The notes beneath the pieces were generated by a model. That model was not told the origin of the DNA. It worked only from the letters and a program-made list of their open reading frames with translations, and did no database searches. From Cirrosporium novae-zelandiae (taxonomy: Eukaryota): a stretch of DNA of 64,000 bases. This document shows positions 25,001 through 37,696 of this stretch, piece after piece (the stretch's first letter is position 1; every line of letters starts with the position of its first letter). The stretch spans positions 434,001 to 498,000 of the forward strand of contig JAPETS010000005.1 of assembly GCA_026023565.1 (NCBI GenBank), given 5' to 3'. The translations under genes and the position numbers were made by a program.

Positions 25001-25772
25001 ATATGTGGGATAATTTGAGGATATGAGTGCCATGGAGCAATAGGTTGATCTTCCTTCGGTTTTGTATAGAATAAGACAGCTATTACTTTCTAGGTTGAGG
25101 TTAGGGGAGGGCGTGGGGAGATATCCACAGGTATTGGACTTGAGTTCTTCCCCCTGCTTTGGCTTCAGGGTCGAGGGATGTAACATCATGGTTATTATTC
25201 TAGTCCAAAGTGGAATTTCCTCCATTTTTTTCTCTAATAATTGATGATGTAGGTAGGGTGCGAATGAAAGTTATGCCAAGAACTTGAAGTTTTAATTGAG
25301 GTTGAATGTGAAGGAGGTAAGTAGTCGACATCACCTAGTATTGCTAATTGATAATCCCTGGTTTGCTTTTATAATTACCTACATGGACAGGAGCAAAGTA
25401 AGAATAATAAACAATAGCCTATTTTCCATCTACACATTGTCTACTGAGGGGTTTCCAGACTTTTTTCTAGTTTATATGATACTCAGGAAACCTTTTTTTA
25501 TTTCCCATTTTCCATTTTTCATGTTTAGTTATTTATGTGGACAATCATAGGGAACCACTTAACATACAAACATCTTCGTTATGCCATGCTTGCAACGCCT
25601 TGTCTCGCCTTGCCTTTGTTCGCTTAGCTCATCGTTAACTGAAAGCTAGGTAGATAAATGGATAATTGTAGAGAGAAAGCAACACAGTACGTCAGATTCG
25701 GTGAAGTAAATACCCACGATAACACAACACCAAAAAGTGTACTGTATAAATAGACTATAGCCTTAGCTACTT

Positions 25773-25813
25773 GTTGAGTGTACACTCAACCAAGCCATAT
25801 CAATATTGATATG
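25773..25813. repeat. Two adjacent perfect 18-bp palindromes
   Basis: GTTGAGTGTACACTCAAC (25773-25790) and CATATCAATATTGATATG (25796-25813). Confidence 0.95.
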
Positions 25814-26180
25814 AAACATCCATGTATGTATGTTGCAAAGAGGTAAAAAAAGTCGAAACTCCTTAACATGGATGGGATGGGATAAGGTGAGCAGCTAAGC
25901 AAGGATTTTGCATAAATGATAGTGAAAATTTGAGCTTCTCTCGCTCGGTGTTTGTTGGATGGTGCTTTTGACCGTCAAGCCAAGCCATAGTACATAGGAA
26001 GTAGATGTCCAATGTAATTGTAGACAGTTACAGTGGCTGTCCGTTCATCCATCCATCCATCCATCATCATCCCCAGGCGGGTATCGTCATATCCTCTTTA
26101 TTAGACATCCCCAGAGGAAAGAAGCTTAATCCAATACATGAATCGTGCCTTAACACTATACTGATTAATGATTCCCTTCT

Positions 26181-27834
26181 TTAGGTGGTAGCAGTGGGTT
26201 CGACGGCTGCTTTTTTAATTGCTCGGTTATCGGCTGCGTTGCCTGCTTCTTCCTCGCGAGGCCGTTTCTTGTCATTAGTGGAACCGTTCGATTGGGTAGG
26301 GACAGGCTTGTCTTTGACTTCTAGTTTCTTGTTGTCATCGCCGGTGACTTGGAGAGTGGGCACTTTAGGATCACTGTAGATAGAATCAGATTACTGATGA
26401 AACCGCATACCCTCTCAAGAGGGGCATTTGCTAGATGAGCTTTGGGATCTCCCAGGAATTATGTTTTCTGGGTTAGGCAGGATAACATACTGTTGGTCTT
26501 GCTCCTCACGTGGTTTCTCATTCCTCCTATCACGATCTCCACCTTTGAATCCGCCACGGTGTGATTTGTGGCCACCACGTCCACGGCCGCCAAACCCCTT
26601 GTGGCCCCCTCTGCGATCGCGATTGTCACGGAAGCCTTTCTTTGCGTCCTCGTCTCTGCGTTCCCTCCAGTCGCGGTTATCCCTCCGTTTGTAGTCGCGT
26701 GCATCATTATTCCTTTTGATCTTGCCGGTATTAATATCGTGAATTTTTTCATCGCAGTATTGTTTCTTGCTCTTGATGAGTAGCTCCTTCGTGTCTTGGA
26801 ACTTGGGCTTAGGATCCAACTCGATAAATTTCTTAGCAGTTTCTTCGGAGTCAAACTCGACGAAGACACTTCCTTTGAATATCTTTTTATCGGTACGCCG
26901 GAGGCGAATTGCGTTCGTAGAGCCGAATCGCTGGAAAAAAGCCTCAATGTCAAAGGTTGTTGAGGGAGTTTCCTCACCGAAGCCCTTCACGTATACGCTA
27001 CGAGCCATTGCGCGGTCCTCGAAGATTGCAGCAACTTCCTTATCGCCTTTGTAGTCAATGTCAAGAGCAACCTTGCGTTTAACGGCAGTGTCATTTTCCA
27101 CAAGGTCGAGGGCTGTCGATGTTTTGAGAGCTTCAACAATGGCAGAGAAAGGTTGGAAATGACGCATACGCTTGAATGAATGGATAATTTCAAGAGGAAC
27201 AGGGTTATTTTCTGCGCCGCCAACCTTACCGTAAAGAAACTTGTCCATTGGAAGGTTGGAATCAGAGAAATAGAACTCAACCTAGCAATGCGTATTAGTA
27301 GAAGTTAGATTGGAGCCTAGGGATGTTTAATACCTGTTTGCGAATCTCATCTGGATCACTGCTAATCTCTTGAGATGTCAAGTCTGATTTGACATTCTTT
27401 CGATAGTCTTGGAAGGGACGATTGCCTCGGAACTCTCGATTATTGTTGCGACGGCGGTCAAATAACTTCTTACCATCATCTTCATGTGGGCGCTTTCGAG
27501 ATGGCTCGGATTTGTCCTCATCCGTTTTCTCACCATTCTCTTTCTTCTCGCCGTTAGCTTCAGTTGATTTTTCGGCAGTCTCTTTAGTACTTCCATCCGT
27601 CTTCTCTCCCGTAGACGTTGGCTCGACCACCTGTTTTTCGTCCTTTTCGGGCTTTGCACTATCCTCGGGCTCTGGGACAAGTTCTTTGGATTTGATTTCG
27701 ACGCTTTCGGGGTTGGTATCTGCTCTAATCTCGGCCGCGTTCTTGGTCTCATCTTTATTCACAGTTTGATCGCTAGGGATAGAGGTGGCAGATGGATCGG
27801 GCTCAGCAGCCATGGCCTTGAGGTCGGAGCTCAT
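26181..27834 (-). CDS. LHP1: La protein homolog (La motif plus RRM), 3 exons
   Basis: IRKQ|VEFYFSDSNLPMDKFL...FKRM La motif, RSVYVKGF and FKGSVFVEF RNP motifs, and an RGG-rich tail. Confidence 0.93.
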
Positions 27835-28443
27835 CTTGACCAGCAAGATAGCTTTGAACTAGGTATTAAGATATGTAAGATATGCGAAAATTTTGGTTGA
27901 AGGAGGTTGGAAGTAGAATTTTGGGGATCAAAATGAGTCAGAAGAAGGTTCAATGAGTAATCTCAATTTTTAACAGATTTATCTATTGTGGGTGAAATAG
28001 AGTCCACGAGAAGACGGAAAGTGTGAAGAAAGTTGGTGGGGTGTTCTACTGTAATTTATAGCAGTCAATGCTCCTTGACTCTAGAGCTTGGCGAGGTCAA
28101 AAAAAGTTTGTAATGTAAAATGAAAGAAGGTGATTCAGAAGTTGACTAGCAAGTAATGTCTGAGCTAATGTACCTTACTTACGGTAATTACTTTATAATT
28201 TTCTATCATTTACTTAAGAACTCTCACGCTCTCTCAGTGGCTCCCCACATATAATGGAATTGAGATTTTCCTGTAATCCTGGAGCTTCATTCTTAGATCG
28301 GCACTTCGGTACACCGACAATATCCGCTCCGGACCTTAAGATCTTCCCCTCTAATTAGTCTTTGAACGAACTGTTGGACAATTGGAATAATTTAAACAGC
28401 TAAAGTATTGAATATTCAACAATATTAGACACCAATTGTCAGC

Positions 28444-29901
28444 ATGAGGAAGAGGTTTCATGGCTTAAAGAAGCCGGTATTTTCTCGTCTTATCTTTCTA
28501 CTCTCAGCTCCCTATGCTAATCGAAATCATTACTCCAGAAAGTCCGTCAATCGTGGTCAAAATATAACCTCTATAATTTATCGAGACTTCCAGACATTAC
28601 CACCCGAAACAATACTCACTTTCAGTGGAAATGGGCCGCCAAATCCATGTCCCGGGCTTACCATGGCGAAGTCATTCGGGAAAAGGCATGGACTCGGATG
28701 TTCAAACCCCATCCTTATACTGTTATACCCATGGACTACCGAGAACTTGCTAAGAACGATGGTTCCACGCAAGCACTTGGTAGAGGTTCAGGATTAGATT
28801 TAGCTCCGGGTGAGAGAAGAAAGAAAATGCCAGAAACATCGTATATGAGCATGGTATACTGGCCTATGGAAAGAAGATTGGATACGGCCGTATTCAGAGC
28901 ATTGTTTGCCAGTAGCACGAGGCAGGCAAGGCAGTTTGTCGTTCATGGAAATGTCAGAGTTAATGGCAAGAAAGTTAGTCTTCCTAGTTCCACCACTAGA
29001 GCTTAATATTGATCTTCCTTTCTTCCAGATGATATATCCGGGCTATCTCCTGAACCCCGGCGACATGTTCTCAGTCGATCCGGATCGCGTCCTCTTTGCT
29101 ACCGGGGCGTCTAAATCCGCAGCGGAACGTAAAGCGAGCCGGAGAATTGCAAGGCAAAAATCCGCAGCTAAAGAAGAAAAAGAAGGAGTTACTGAAGCGC
29201 CCGCAGAAGGAGAAACGGTAGAGGCAGAGGGTACGCCAGGGTCCAAAGGTGCAGCTAGGCAAAAACCCGAGGAACAATCACCAGAGGATATCAAAAAGCA
29301 TCTACGTAACCTCCTCCAGCATGCTAAAGCCATTCTTGCGGATCCGCGGGACATTCTTCCCGCCAAGCGCAAGCAGGACCTTCGCGCATTCCAGAAAGCA
29401 GTGAAGCGTACGATGTCGCGCTCTTCGGCATCTACTGTTCTCACGGATGCCCTTGAAGCAGAGTTCTTAGAAATCACATCCAAACTCGCCACTAAGGCTG
29501 CGGCAACTGCGGCAGCTACGGTATCTGCATCCTCCACCCCAGAATCCAAACACTCTACAGAGCCCACACCCTCCGCAGAATCCGCGGAATCTCTAAAAAA
29601 ATCCCCACAAGATCCAAAATCACTTCTCTCCCCACTGGACCTTAAACGCTTACGTGAGGCTCTCGAGGAAGCGCGCTCCAACCCCATCGACCCCACAAAG
29701 CCCTATGCGACACCCTGGCGCCCTCGTCCATACATGAGCGCATTCGCTTTTATCCCACGATACCTAGAAGTCAATCAGAATATCTGTTCGGCGGTATATC
29801 TGAGACATCCGGTAGCACGCCCCGGGTTGGCGGAGGTACCGACGCCATTTAAACCGGAGGTGTCTATGCTAGCTTTCCACTGGTATTTAAGGAGAAGATA
29901 G
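28444..29901 (+). CDS. NAM9: Mitochondrial small-subunit ribosomal protein uS4m (3 exons)
   Basis: [14 protein letters not shown]4 motif [34 protein letters not shown], and [24 protein letters not shown]...WYLRRR. Confidence 0.94.
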
Positions 29902-31704
29902 AAAGGGTGCAGGGTACTGTGAATGAAGAAAGCGTAACTCATGTAGAATATCTATATTTCCAGAGTATAAAATCATGTGGATGATTGTGCGTAGTATGTG
30001 TGGAAGGTCTAGTGATTAGACAACTTTTGTACCAGAGTTCAAACATGTATAAATGTCATTCTCTGCAGGCAAGTCTTAAATTTCTGCGGCGCCAGTGAGA
30101 TGTTGTAAGTTAATATCTTAGACACCTATGCTTTCATTACCACATGTAGCATATAGTATTCAATCATTTTCTATTCGAAATTCCCCTATATTAGCTACAC
30201 GGTTAGGATAGCCCTTCTACAACGACTTGGTTTAAGATATTCAAAAGGAGAAGAGCTAAAGTCGTCAACCTTTTAAGTGGGCCTCTTCGTTGAAAGGATT
30301 TCTAATTTGTTTTATGTCGGGTCCAAAATCTGAGGCTGATAATCCTGAACACAATGCTGTCAACATGATAATTAATTGAATTGCCTTTAGCTAGAATGGG
30401 TCAGATGAGAAGATGAGTTACCTTGTGGATAATAACAGAAGGATAAGTAGAGACATGAACAGCAAAGACTTGACCAAAAGATGGCTATTGAGGTGTTCCA
30501 AGAAATCTTCTCAGCTTGTAGCTATTTTCATTTCATCAGTCCATCCAGTAACCTACCTAGGTAGATGGCTGAGTCGTTCAGTAGTGTTCTCTCTTCCAGT
30601 ATCCAGATCAAGATAGATAAATAATGTCCGCTTGATTCGGGATCATAAGACCTATTGCAACTGCAAGTTCAGAGGGAGGGTTATTATTTTCTACCTTTTC
30701 CAGGCAAATCACATCCAAGGGTCCCCTTACAATTCACTTAAGGCAGCAGTTTCGTAACATTAGGGTTCTGTAGTCAAGCAGCTTCCCTTCCACTTTCCGT
30801 CCCTTTGGCCTGAGTTCAACTTCCGGATTCATCCGTGTTTCAGGTTCGCCTGTGTTGCTTTCCATGGCAACTATAAGTCCATTGCGCAGCCGTCCCTAGC
30901 TTCCAGAGCTTTAGGTTATAGGGACATCCATCAGTCCTCTATTTCCTAACAAAATTTCATCAATAGGTTAACATGCTGTTAACAGTTGGGGATACATAGA
31001 ACGACGGTAAAGAGATGTTGTTTTTGTTTTTATTTGAAGTAAATGGTTTTCATAAGATAGATGCACCCTAATAGGGTGTGTACGAACTTTGGTTTTTTGC
31101 TCTGATGGATGATATGACTGATCCCTAGGTAAAGATATATTTTCCTGGTGGTGATCAGCTGTTGCACCTTTTCTTTTGCTTCTTAAATAGTGTTCATCGT
31201 TCTAGAAGGTTGAGTGTTTCCTGTCGCTGAGTAAATAGCGGTGGCATCAAGGATAGTGAAAGCAAGAAGAACTTTGACAATTTTGGATAGGCTTCAGGAT
31301 ATGAGTCGGGCAGTCGGGGAGGTGGGCCAATGTCATTCTAGCTTTCATGGTATGATTTGAAGAATCGCAGGAGACAGTAGTCTTAGATTTAGGGGTGCGT
31401 GCAGTCTGGCTGGTATGTTTTAATTGTTGCAGATAATGTAGACTAAAATACGTGAGTAGGGCCATGGAAATGAAGGAGATTAAGGTATAAAGGAAACAGC
31501 TTCATGGGCGGAGAGTTACAGATGCAGGACTCCTTGGAGAAAGAAAGCAACCTGAGACCTAATTATTCAATAGAAACATTCTATACTCATCCAAAAGTCC
31601 ATGTATCATCCGTATTTACTATCCATTTATATTGTCCACCTCTATTGATCCCCTCTATCCTTGAAGTTCTGGTACCCTCATGCGACCAGGTACTTGCTAT
31701 CCAG

Positions 31705-32613
31705 TTAGTTACCTTTCGTCTCATTCTTCTTTAGGGCATCCAGCTCTGCATTTTCAACAATATCGTCAACCACGAAAGCTCCTCCCAGGAGAATAGCTGG
31801 CTCCGAGAGCTGATGATGCTCATAGCTTAAGTTATACATATTAGTTGAAGCCTCGTTTGCCACATATCAGCTTAGGGAATTACTAACCTTAGGATGCCAA
31901 CACCTCCAGCCTCCAAGATAAATGCGGCATCTTCTAAGCCTTTCCCTACCCACCTGATTGCAAAAGCTCTTAATATATGACCATGGGCAACCATCAATAC
32001 ATCGCCAGGGACAGTCAGGTGTTTTTGCTTTCCAATGCACTTCTTGTGGTAATTTTCCCGGATCTCGGTAATGAGTCTATCGACTCTTTTCGTCACATCG
32101 GCTGGTGATTCTCCACCTGGGCATCCATCACGCCAAATATTCCAATCGGGATTTAATCCTTGTTCCCGTCTCTGTTCACGGATCTGGGCTGAAGTCAACC
32201 CCTCATAGTCACCATAATCCCATTCACGGATGTCTTGTGTGATCTCGACGTTGGCTGTGGTCCGGATAAGATCATTCACGCGGTGTTCTTGCCAAGGTAG
32301 TTTGTCCTTGCAACCAATATCCAACAACTCTAGGGTCCTCTGAGCACGAGAGCGAGGAGAAACATAGCTGTTGACGGATTAAGCGACTGCATTTGAAAGG
32401 AAAATGTCGAAGATCGCAACCGTACATGTGAGTAAGATTTTTAGGGGCAATCAATCGGTCATTTCCCACCAAAGCTTTGCCGGTGGCTAGAACTCGTTTC
32501 TCTCCGTTTTCGGTAAGAGGCAAGTCGGTTGTGCCTGTATGACGACCGTTGATTGACCACTCAGTCTCGCCGTGGCGGACAATGAAGCATCTAGGGGTGT
32601 ACGTGTATGTCAT
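31705..32613 (-). CDS. SHB17: Histidine phosphatase (phosphoglycerate mutase family), sedoheptulose-1,7-bisphosphatase-like (3 exons)
   Basis: RHGETEWS...[41 protein letters not shown] and last exon SYEHH...[10 protein letters not shown]; stop at 31705-31707. Confidence 0.88.
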
Positions 32614-33485
32614 TTTGAATTTGACGGCTTAAAATAGCGAGAAGAGATAAGGAAGCTTATGACTCGACTTGAAGGATTGAATGAAAAAAGGAGAAATTCG
32701 AACGGAGTCTGAAGAGAGGATAGCAACAAAAACAACAAGAATAAAACCAAGAATAATAAATGTTTGCTACTGATGAAGGCAATAACTAGTTTAAGCAAAG
32801 GGTTAACAACAGCAGTTCAAGTTGGATGACACTGCATGACGGGTGTCCCCGAGCTAAGAAGAAAATTGAATGGTTGGATCATACCATATTTACCTATTTA
32901 CTCATGCTGACTGAGCCAAATTCAACTTGTTCTTTAGAAGATTTAGTGTCAGATATAACTTTTTTTATAATTAACTACCTAGGTATATAATTACCTAATG
33001 AAGAATAGAAATTTAATAAGATGGCTGTACCATTTGTGTTGGGATGTTCCCTAGGTTGGTAGCCAGTCACAGGAAGTCCTTCGTCGTGACGGGTGCTCGT
33101 GACGAAGCCTCCGGTTCCACTACTCATACACTCCCGTGACCCGTAAGATCCGACGGCTCATACTGTGACACAATGAAGTACCTGAGCTAAGTACTTAGGT
33201 ACCTGTACTTTGATAAAGACCTCCCCCCAATCCTTCTCTTTATTCTCTTTTTCTGCATACTAATTCTGAACAAGTCATCATGCAAATAGGTAATTAAAAT
33301 CTTAAAATTTGGTGTGAACCCCAAGGCACGGAACTCTGGCCTAGAGAAGCCGGCTCACTCATTTCATCTCCGGTTACAAGCTTCCACGACTCAGTCCCTG
33401 CCTTTGGAGCAGTCCTTGTGCCCAAAGCTCTTATGTCGATTTATAGCCGGACCGATGATTTCCTCACCAAACTTATCACATCACG

Positions 33486-36240
33486 ATGCCGGTATTTCAT
33501 GACCCCGAGTTATATACCGCCTCGCCCCTCAATGAGCCACCAAACCACACAAGAGAGAACATCGACATGAGAAGACCTTCAAACGAGAGCCCGAAGGCAG
33601 AACAAGATGAGGAAGGGTCGGATAACACAGAACTTGAGGTGTTTGCTCAGGAGAATAGAGATGTGGTCATGAAAACGCCAGAAAATATAGAGACAAGCGA
33701 TCGGGGCGAATTGATGGAGAGGATCAAAAGAGGGGAAAGTCCAACATGGAAACCCTATGGAACTGTATGTGCTCTTCCTTTGGGTGCTTCATGTTTCACT
33801 TGTTGGCTTCATTTCAACTCAAACCGTGTTGTTGATTGCATATGGGCGGGCAATTTTCTCCCTTTCATCCTTCGACAGGTTATTCTTGCAGAGCCAGCAT
33901 TTCCATGGCTACGCAAACCTCATATAATCACACTAGAAATTGCCACACATCTCTCCGTATTCTGATTCCATTATCTTAGTAATAACACGAGGCTTGAATC
34001 CAAATGGAGACTGACCTCAAGTACATTTGCAGTTGGAGCATTTCTTTCCTTCCCATAGAACTTCCTCTCAGCAAAGCTGTTCTCCCTCGCGAGAACATCA
34101 CGGCATGAACCAGCTTCTTTCGACGACAGAATTAAAAGAAACAAAAGCAACCCCCCAAAAGGAAGATGAGCACAACATCTGTTATGATGATACAGCTCGG
34201 ATTCAACGTCCTAGGTCTGCTTTGCATTCTGGGGATTTCAGAGGGCAAAACTCGCCACCACCGCAACGACCCTCCAGACCAATGCTAGGCCTCCCTGCTC
34301 AAGAGAGTCAGTGGCACACTGACCATATAGGGGCATCTCCGGCCACGACGTGGTACTCTCCGTCATCGTCTCCTTCATTCAATGTATTTGCATTAGATCC
34401 TCGATCTCCATCGGTAGACTCAAGTGTAGATCGAACGTTCTACAGACCGAGGGCACCATCCTTTAGGTCGTATTCATCTAGCTTGGTGTTAAAGGCACCC
34501 ACTAGTCCATTGGTTCAACAGTCAAACAATACCGAACTCGACTTTTCTCCGAAGGATGATATTGATTGCTCGTGCACTACTTGGATCAAGACCACGAGAC
34601 GATATACTCTTCCTCCAGGATTTGATAAGTCGACAAGTACTTCCGAGAATGATGTTTCTGGTAGCACACAGACACGACCATTGCCTATGATGCGTCAGGA
34701 GATTGCATTTCCATATCAAAAGCACCAAAGTCGGAGGTCCCTAACGCCATGCTATAGCCTCCAGCCTGCTTCATCTCCATTCTCCTCCCCGTATCTTCGT
34801 TCACGGAAACCTTCGGTCTCTTCTGAGTATACGCCGTTACATCATGCACCAATGGTTGGCTCGTACGAAGAGTCAATCCTACGCGGAAGAATGGCTACTC
34901 CACCATCAAAGCCCTTGAACTTCATGGCGCAAATTGGTGTGCTCGGAAAGGGGAAATGCAAGTCCAACCTACGGTGCCCTCCACATGTGACCGTGCCTTT
35001 TCCTGCAGTTTTCTACAGCTATGACAACGAAAGCGGACGAGAGCCATCTCTTCTCGAGATCGGACCAAGCCCCTACGTTGGCCTGATAGATCTGGAGCAT
35101 TCGCTAAAGCCACCCGAGAATTCAAAGGAAGAGCACAGACGCAGACGTCACACTTCACCTGTGCCTGAAACATACCCGGAAACAGGGGCTCTTTCCGATC
35201 AATCTACCAACATTACCCCCACCCCACTCGACCGGCGAAGAGCAGAACGGCGACGCAAACGTTCCTACTCTCCCAAAGCCCCTCCTGGTGGCTGCTACCG
35301 GATTCCTCAGCACGGCCAACTTCAGATTATCATTAAAAACCCCAACAAAACAGCCGTGAAACTGTTTCTCGTGCCCTATGATCTCAATGACATGGAGCCA
35401 GGCACTAAGACATTTTTACGTCAGCGATGCTTCTCTGCCGGTCCAATTATTGAGAAGCCGATTGGAGGTAACCCAGATATGGACAAGGATAAGATGGAGG
35501 ATAAACAAATTTTAAGATATCTAATCCATCTGAATATCTGTTCACCCTCGAAAGGTCGATTCTACTTGTATCAAAGTATCCGCGTCGTGTTTGCGAATCG
35601 TGTCCCCGATGATAAAGAACGCTTGCGCAACGAGATCCATTACCCCGATCCTAGATATAGCATCTACAAACCCTGCAGGGAAAGAGATACCTCATCTACT
35701 CCCATCATCGGCTCTATATCATCGGCGGGCGCTAAAACCACTACCGAGAAGGCATTCCAACGACGCAGTCTAGGTTTCGCATTCAACTCCGCCCTTGAGA
35801 ATTTTCGAATACCATCCTTCAGCAGTATGGCCAACTCACCATGTGCCTGCGTTCCCATGTCACTTTTAGATTCACTAGAACCGTCCGTAGAGCCAACAGC
35901 CCCTTCATCTCCGTTACCATTTCAATCCGAGCTACCTAGCTCTAGAGAGAGAGCCACCGTTACCTCTCCTTCTCCCTCGTCATCCCCTTTGAACCTTGTC
36001 CCTACCAACTCCCCTAACAACACCGAAAAAATGGACCTCGAAGTCCCATCCCCATCTCGATCCTCATTCATGTACCCTTTAAAGAAACTACCGACATTCC
36101 CAGTAAAAACAACAGGAAACTACGGCAAGTTAAACAAAGGCGATTTCGGATACGGGGGCATGCAAAGAGAAAACGGAGAGAGCTTGCTAGCTAGGAGACT
36201 CCGGGATTGGGATGAGAATAAGAATAAGGATAACTTGTAG
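33486..36240 (+). CDS. Atos/FAM214-like protein (DUF4210 plus C-terminal conserved domain), 2 exons
   Basis: MVGSYEESILRGRM, GCYRIP..GQLQIIIKNPNKTAVKLFLVPYDL.DM..GTKTFLRQ and LRYLIHL...IRVVFANR motifs. Intron GTATGT...ACTGAC...CAG at about 33764-34031. Confidence 0.85.
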
Positions 36241-36764
36241 GAATACGTTATGCACACGGTTCATCCGGTCATCGAAATTGATTTTTTTTTTTACAGGGTG
36301 GGTGGGAGGAAAAAACACCTCAACTGTATTTATCGTATTGGGGTTGCACATATCCACAATCCGGCTGGTTCGGTTGGTTTTGGGTTGGTTTGGAGGAGGG
36401 CACACACAATATAATATAATACCTAGTAATAGCTATGGGATAGGTTTTTTTTGGACAGGCAAAGATTTTGACTCTAGATATTCGGTTGGTGTATGGATGG
36501 TCACGATGGGATAGAAGGGGTAGGAGGGTGTTGGAAGGTACGTGAATGAATACATACATACACATACACAAACACGCATAGTCTATAGACTCCATCCCCA
36601 ACAAATCCAACTTACTCCATATACAACCAATAATCCCCTCCGACCCCTTTCCCCCCCCTCTCTCATAGCAAATACTCTCTACCTAGGTACTTAGGAAATC
36701 AACTATCTATTGCTACTACTAGCCGTGGTGTCATTATCCCCAGTATAGTACAATAGTCTGTAGT

Positions 36765-36786
36765 TAATAATAATAATAATAATAAT
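36765..36786. repeat. (TAA)7 microsatellite
   Basis: Run of TAA units in the convergent intergenic region. Confidence 0.9.
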
Positions 36787-37597
36787 TCATTTTTACTGTC
36801 CGCATATGTCGCCTTCAGGCTACGGCGGACATGTGATCCGTAGTTTTAATTACTCTACAAGTTGAAATAATTAGGATCTTTGAGGAGGAGTTGTTTTAAT
36901 TAGATAGGTATATGGTTTTTAGGTGTGGGTTTTTTATACAGTAGATAGATGGTTGGTGGGGGCGGGGTTACTGCACTCGAGAAACTAATTGCTAGTCTAG
37001 CAAGCTAACCAAGCACATTATTAGGCTAAATTCATATTTTGGCGTCACGTGATTGGATATGGGAGATGTTTCTGGGTAGATATATTCTACTGCTTGATAA
37101 AAACCGAAAGTACAAGTTTGTCGAAAAAAGTAATGACTGTGATTTTATACAGACTAGTAAGACAGACTAGGCTATAGTTAATAGTTAGGTAATAATAACA
37201 ATAATAATACACATCTCAACATCGTAGCAACCAAATCAAACAAGAAATACACAACACAAGGGGGGTCGAAAAGCAAACAACAACAAAACAACAAAAAACA
37301 AAAACAACCAATCCTCTAAAAGCTTTTCGATTCTTTGACCCTCAATAAAACAGTTTAAAACCCCAATAATAATCCATAGCTCCCTTTCCTACTTCCTTCT
37401 TTCTTCAACGTTATGCCCAAACAAAAAAATAAAATAAAACCATGAGCATTAATTATCCAAATCCAGCACTATCCAGTCGGGGTATTATGATCCTACCTAT
37501 CGCTAGACGAAAATATCCACCAAAAAAACCCCCCATTCAATCCTGATCCAATCCACCAAAGAAAGGATATCCAAAAAGCGAAAGAAAAAAAAATAAC

Positions 37598-37600
<3 letters not shown>

Positions 37601-37640
<40 letters not shown>
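37601..37640. repeat. (AATC)10 microsatellite
   Basis: Ten perfect AATC units just downstream of the PH-domain gene stop codon. Confidence 0.97.
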
Positions 37641-37642
<2 letters not shown>

Positions 37643-37696
37643 ACATGCAAAGCTGACATCAAACATGTGTGAATCTAAATCTAAGCATGATTGGTT

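Noticed and set aside
30761..30768. AACCCTAA on the minus strand as a telomerase template in the 1.8-kb gap
   Set aside because: Only 8 nt, centrally placed, with no recognisable pseudoknot, P6.1 or 3'-end signals.
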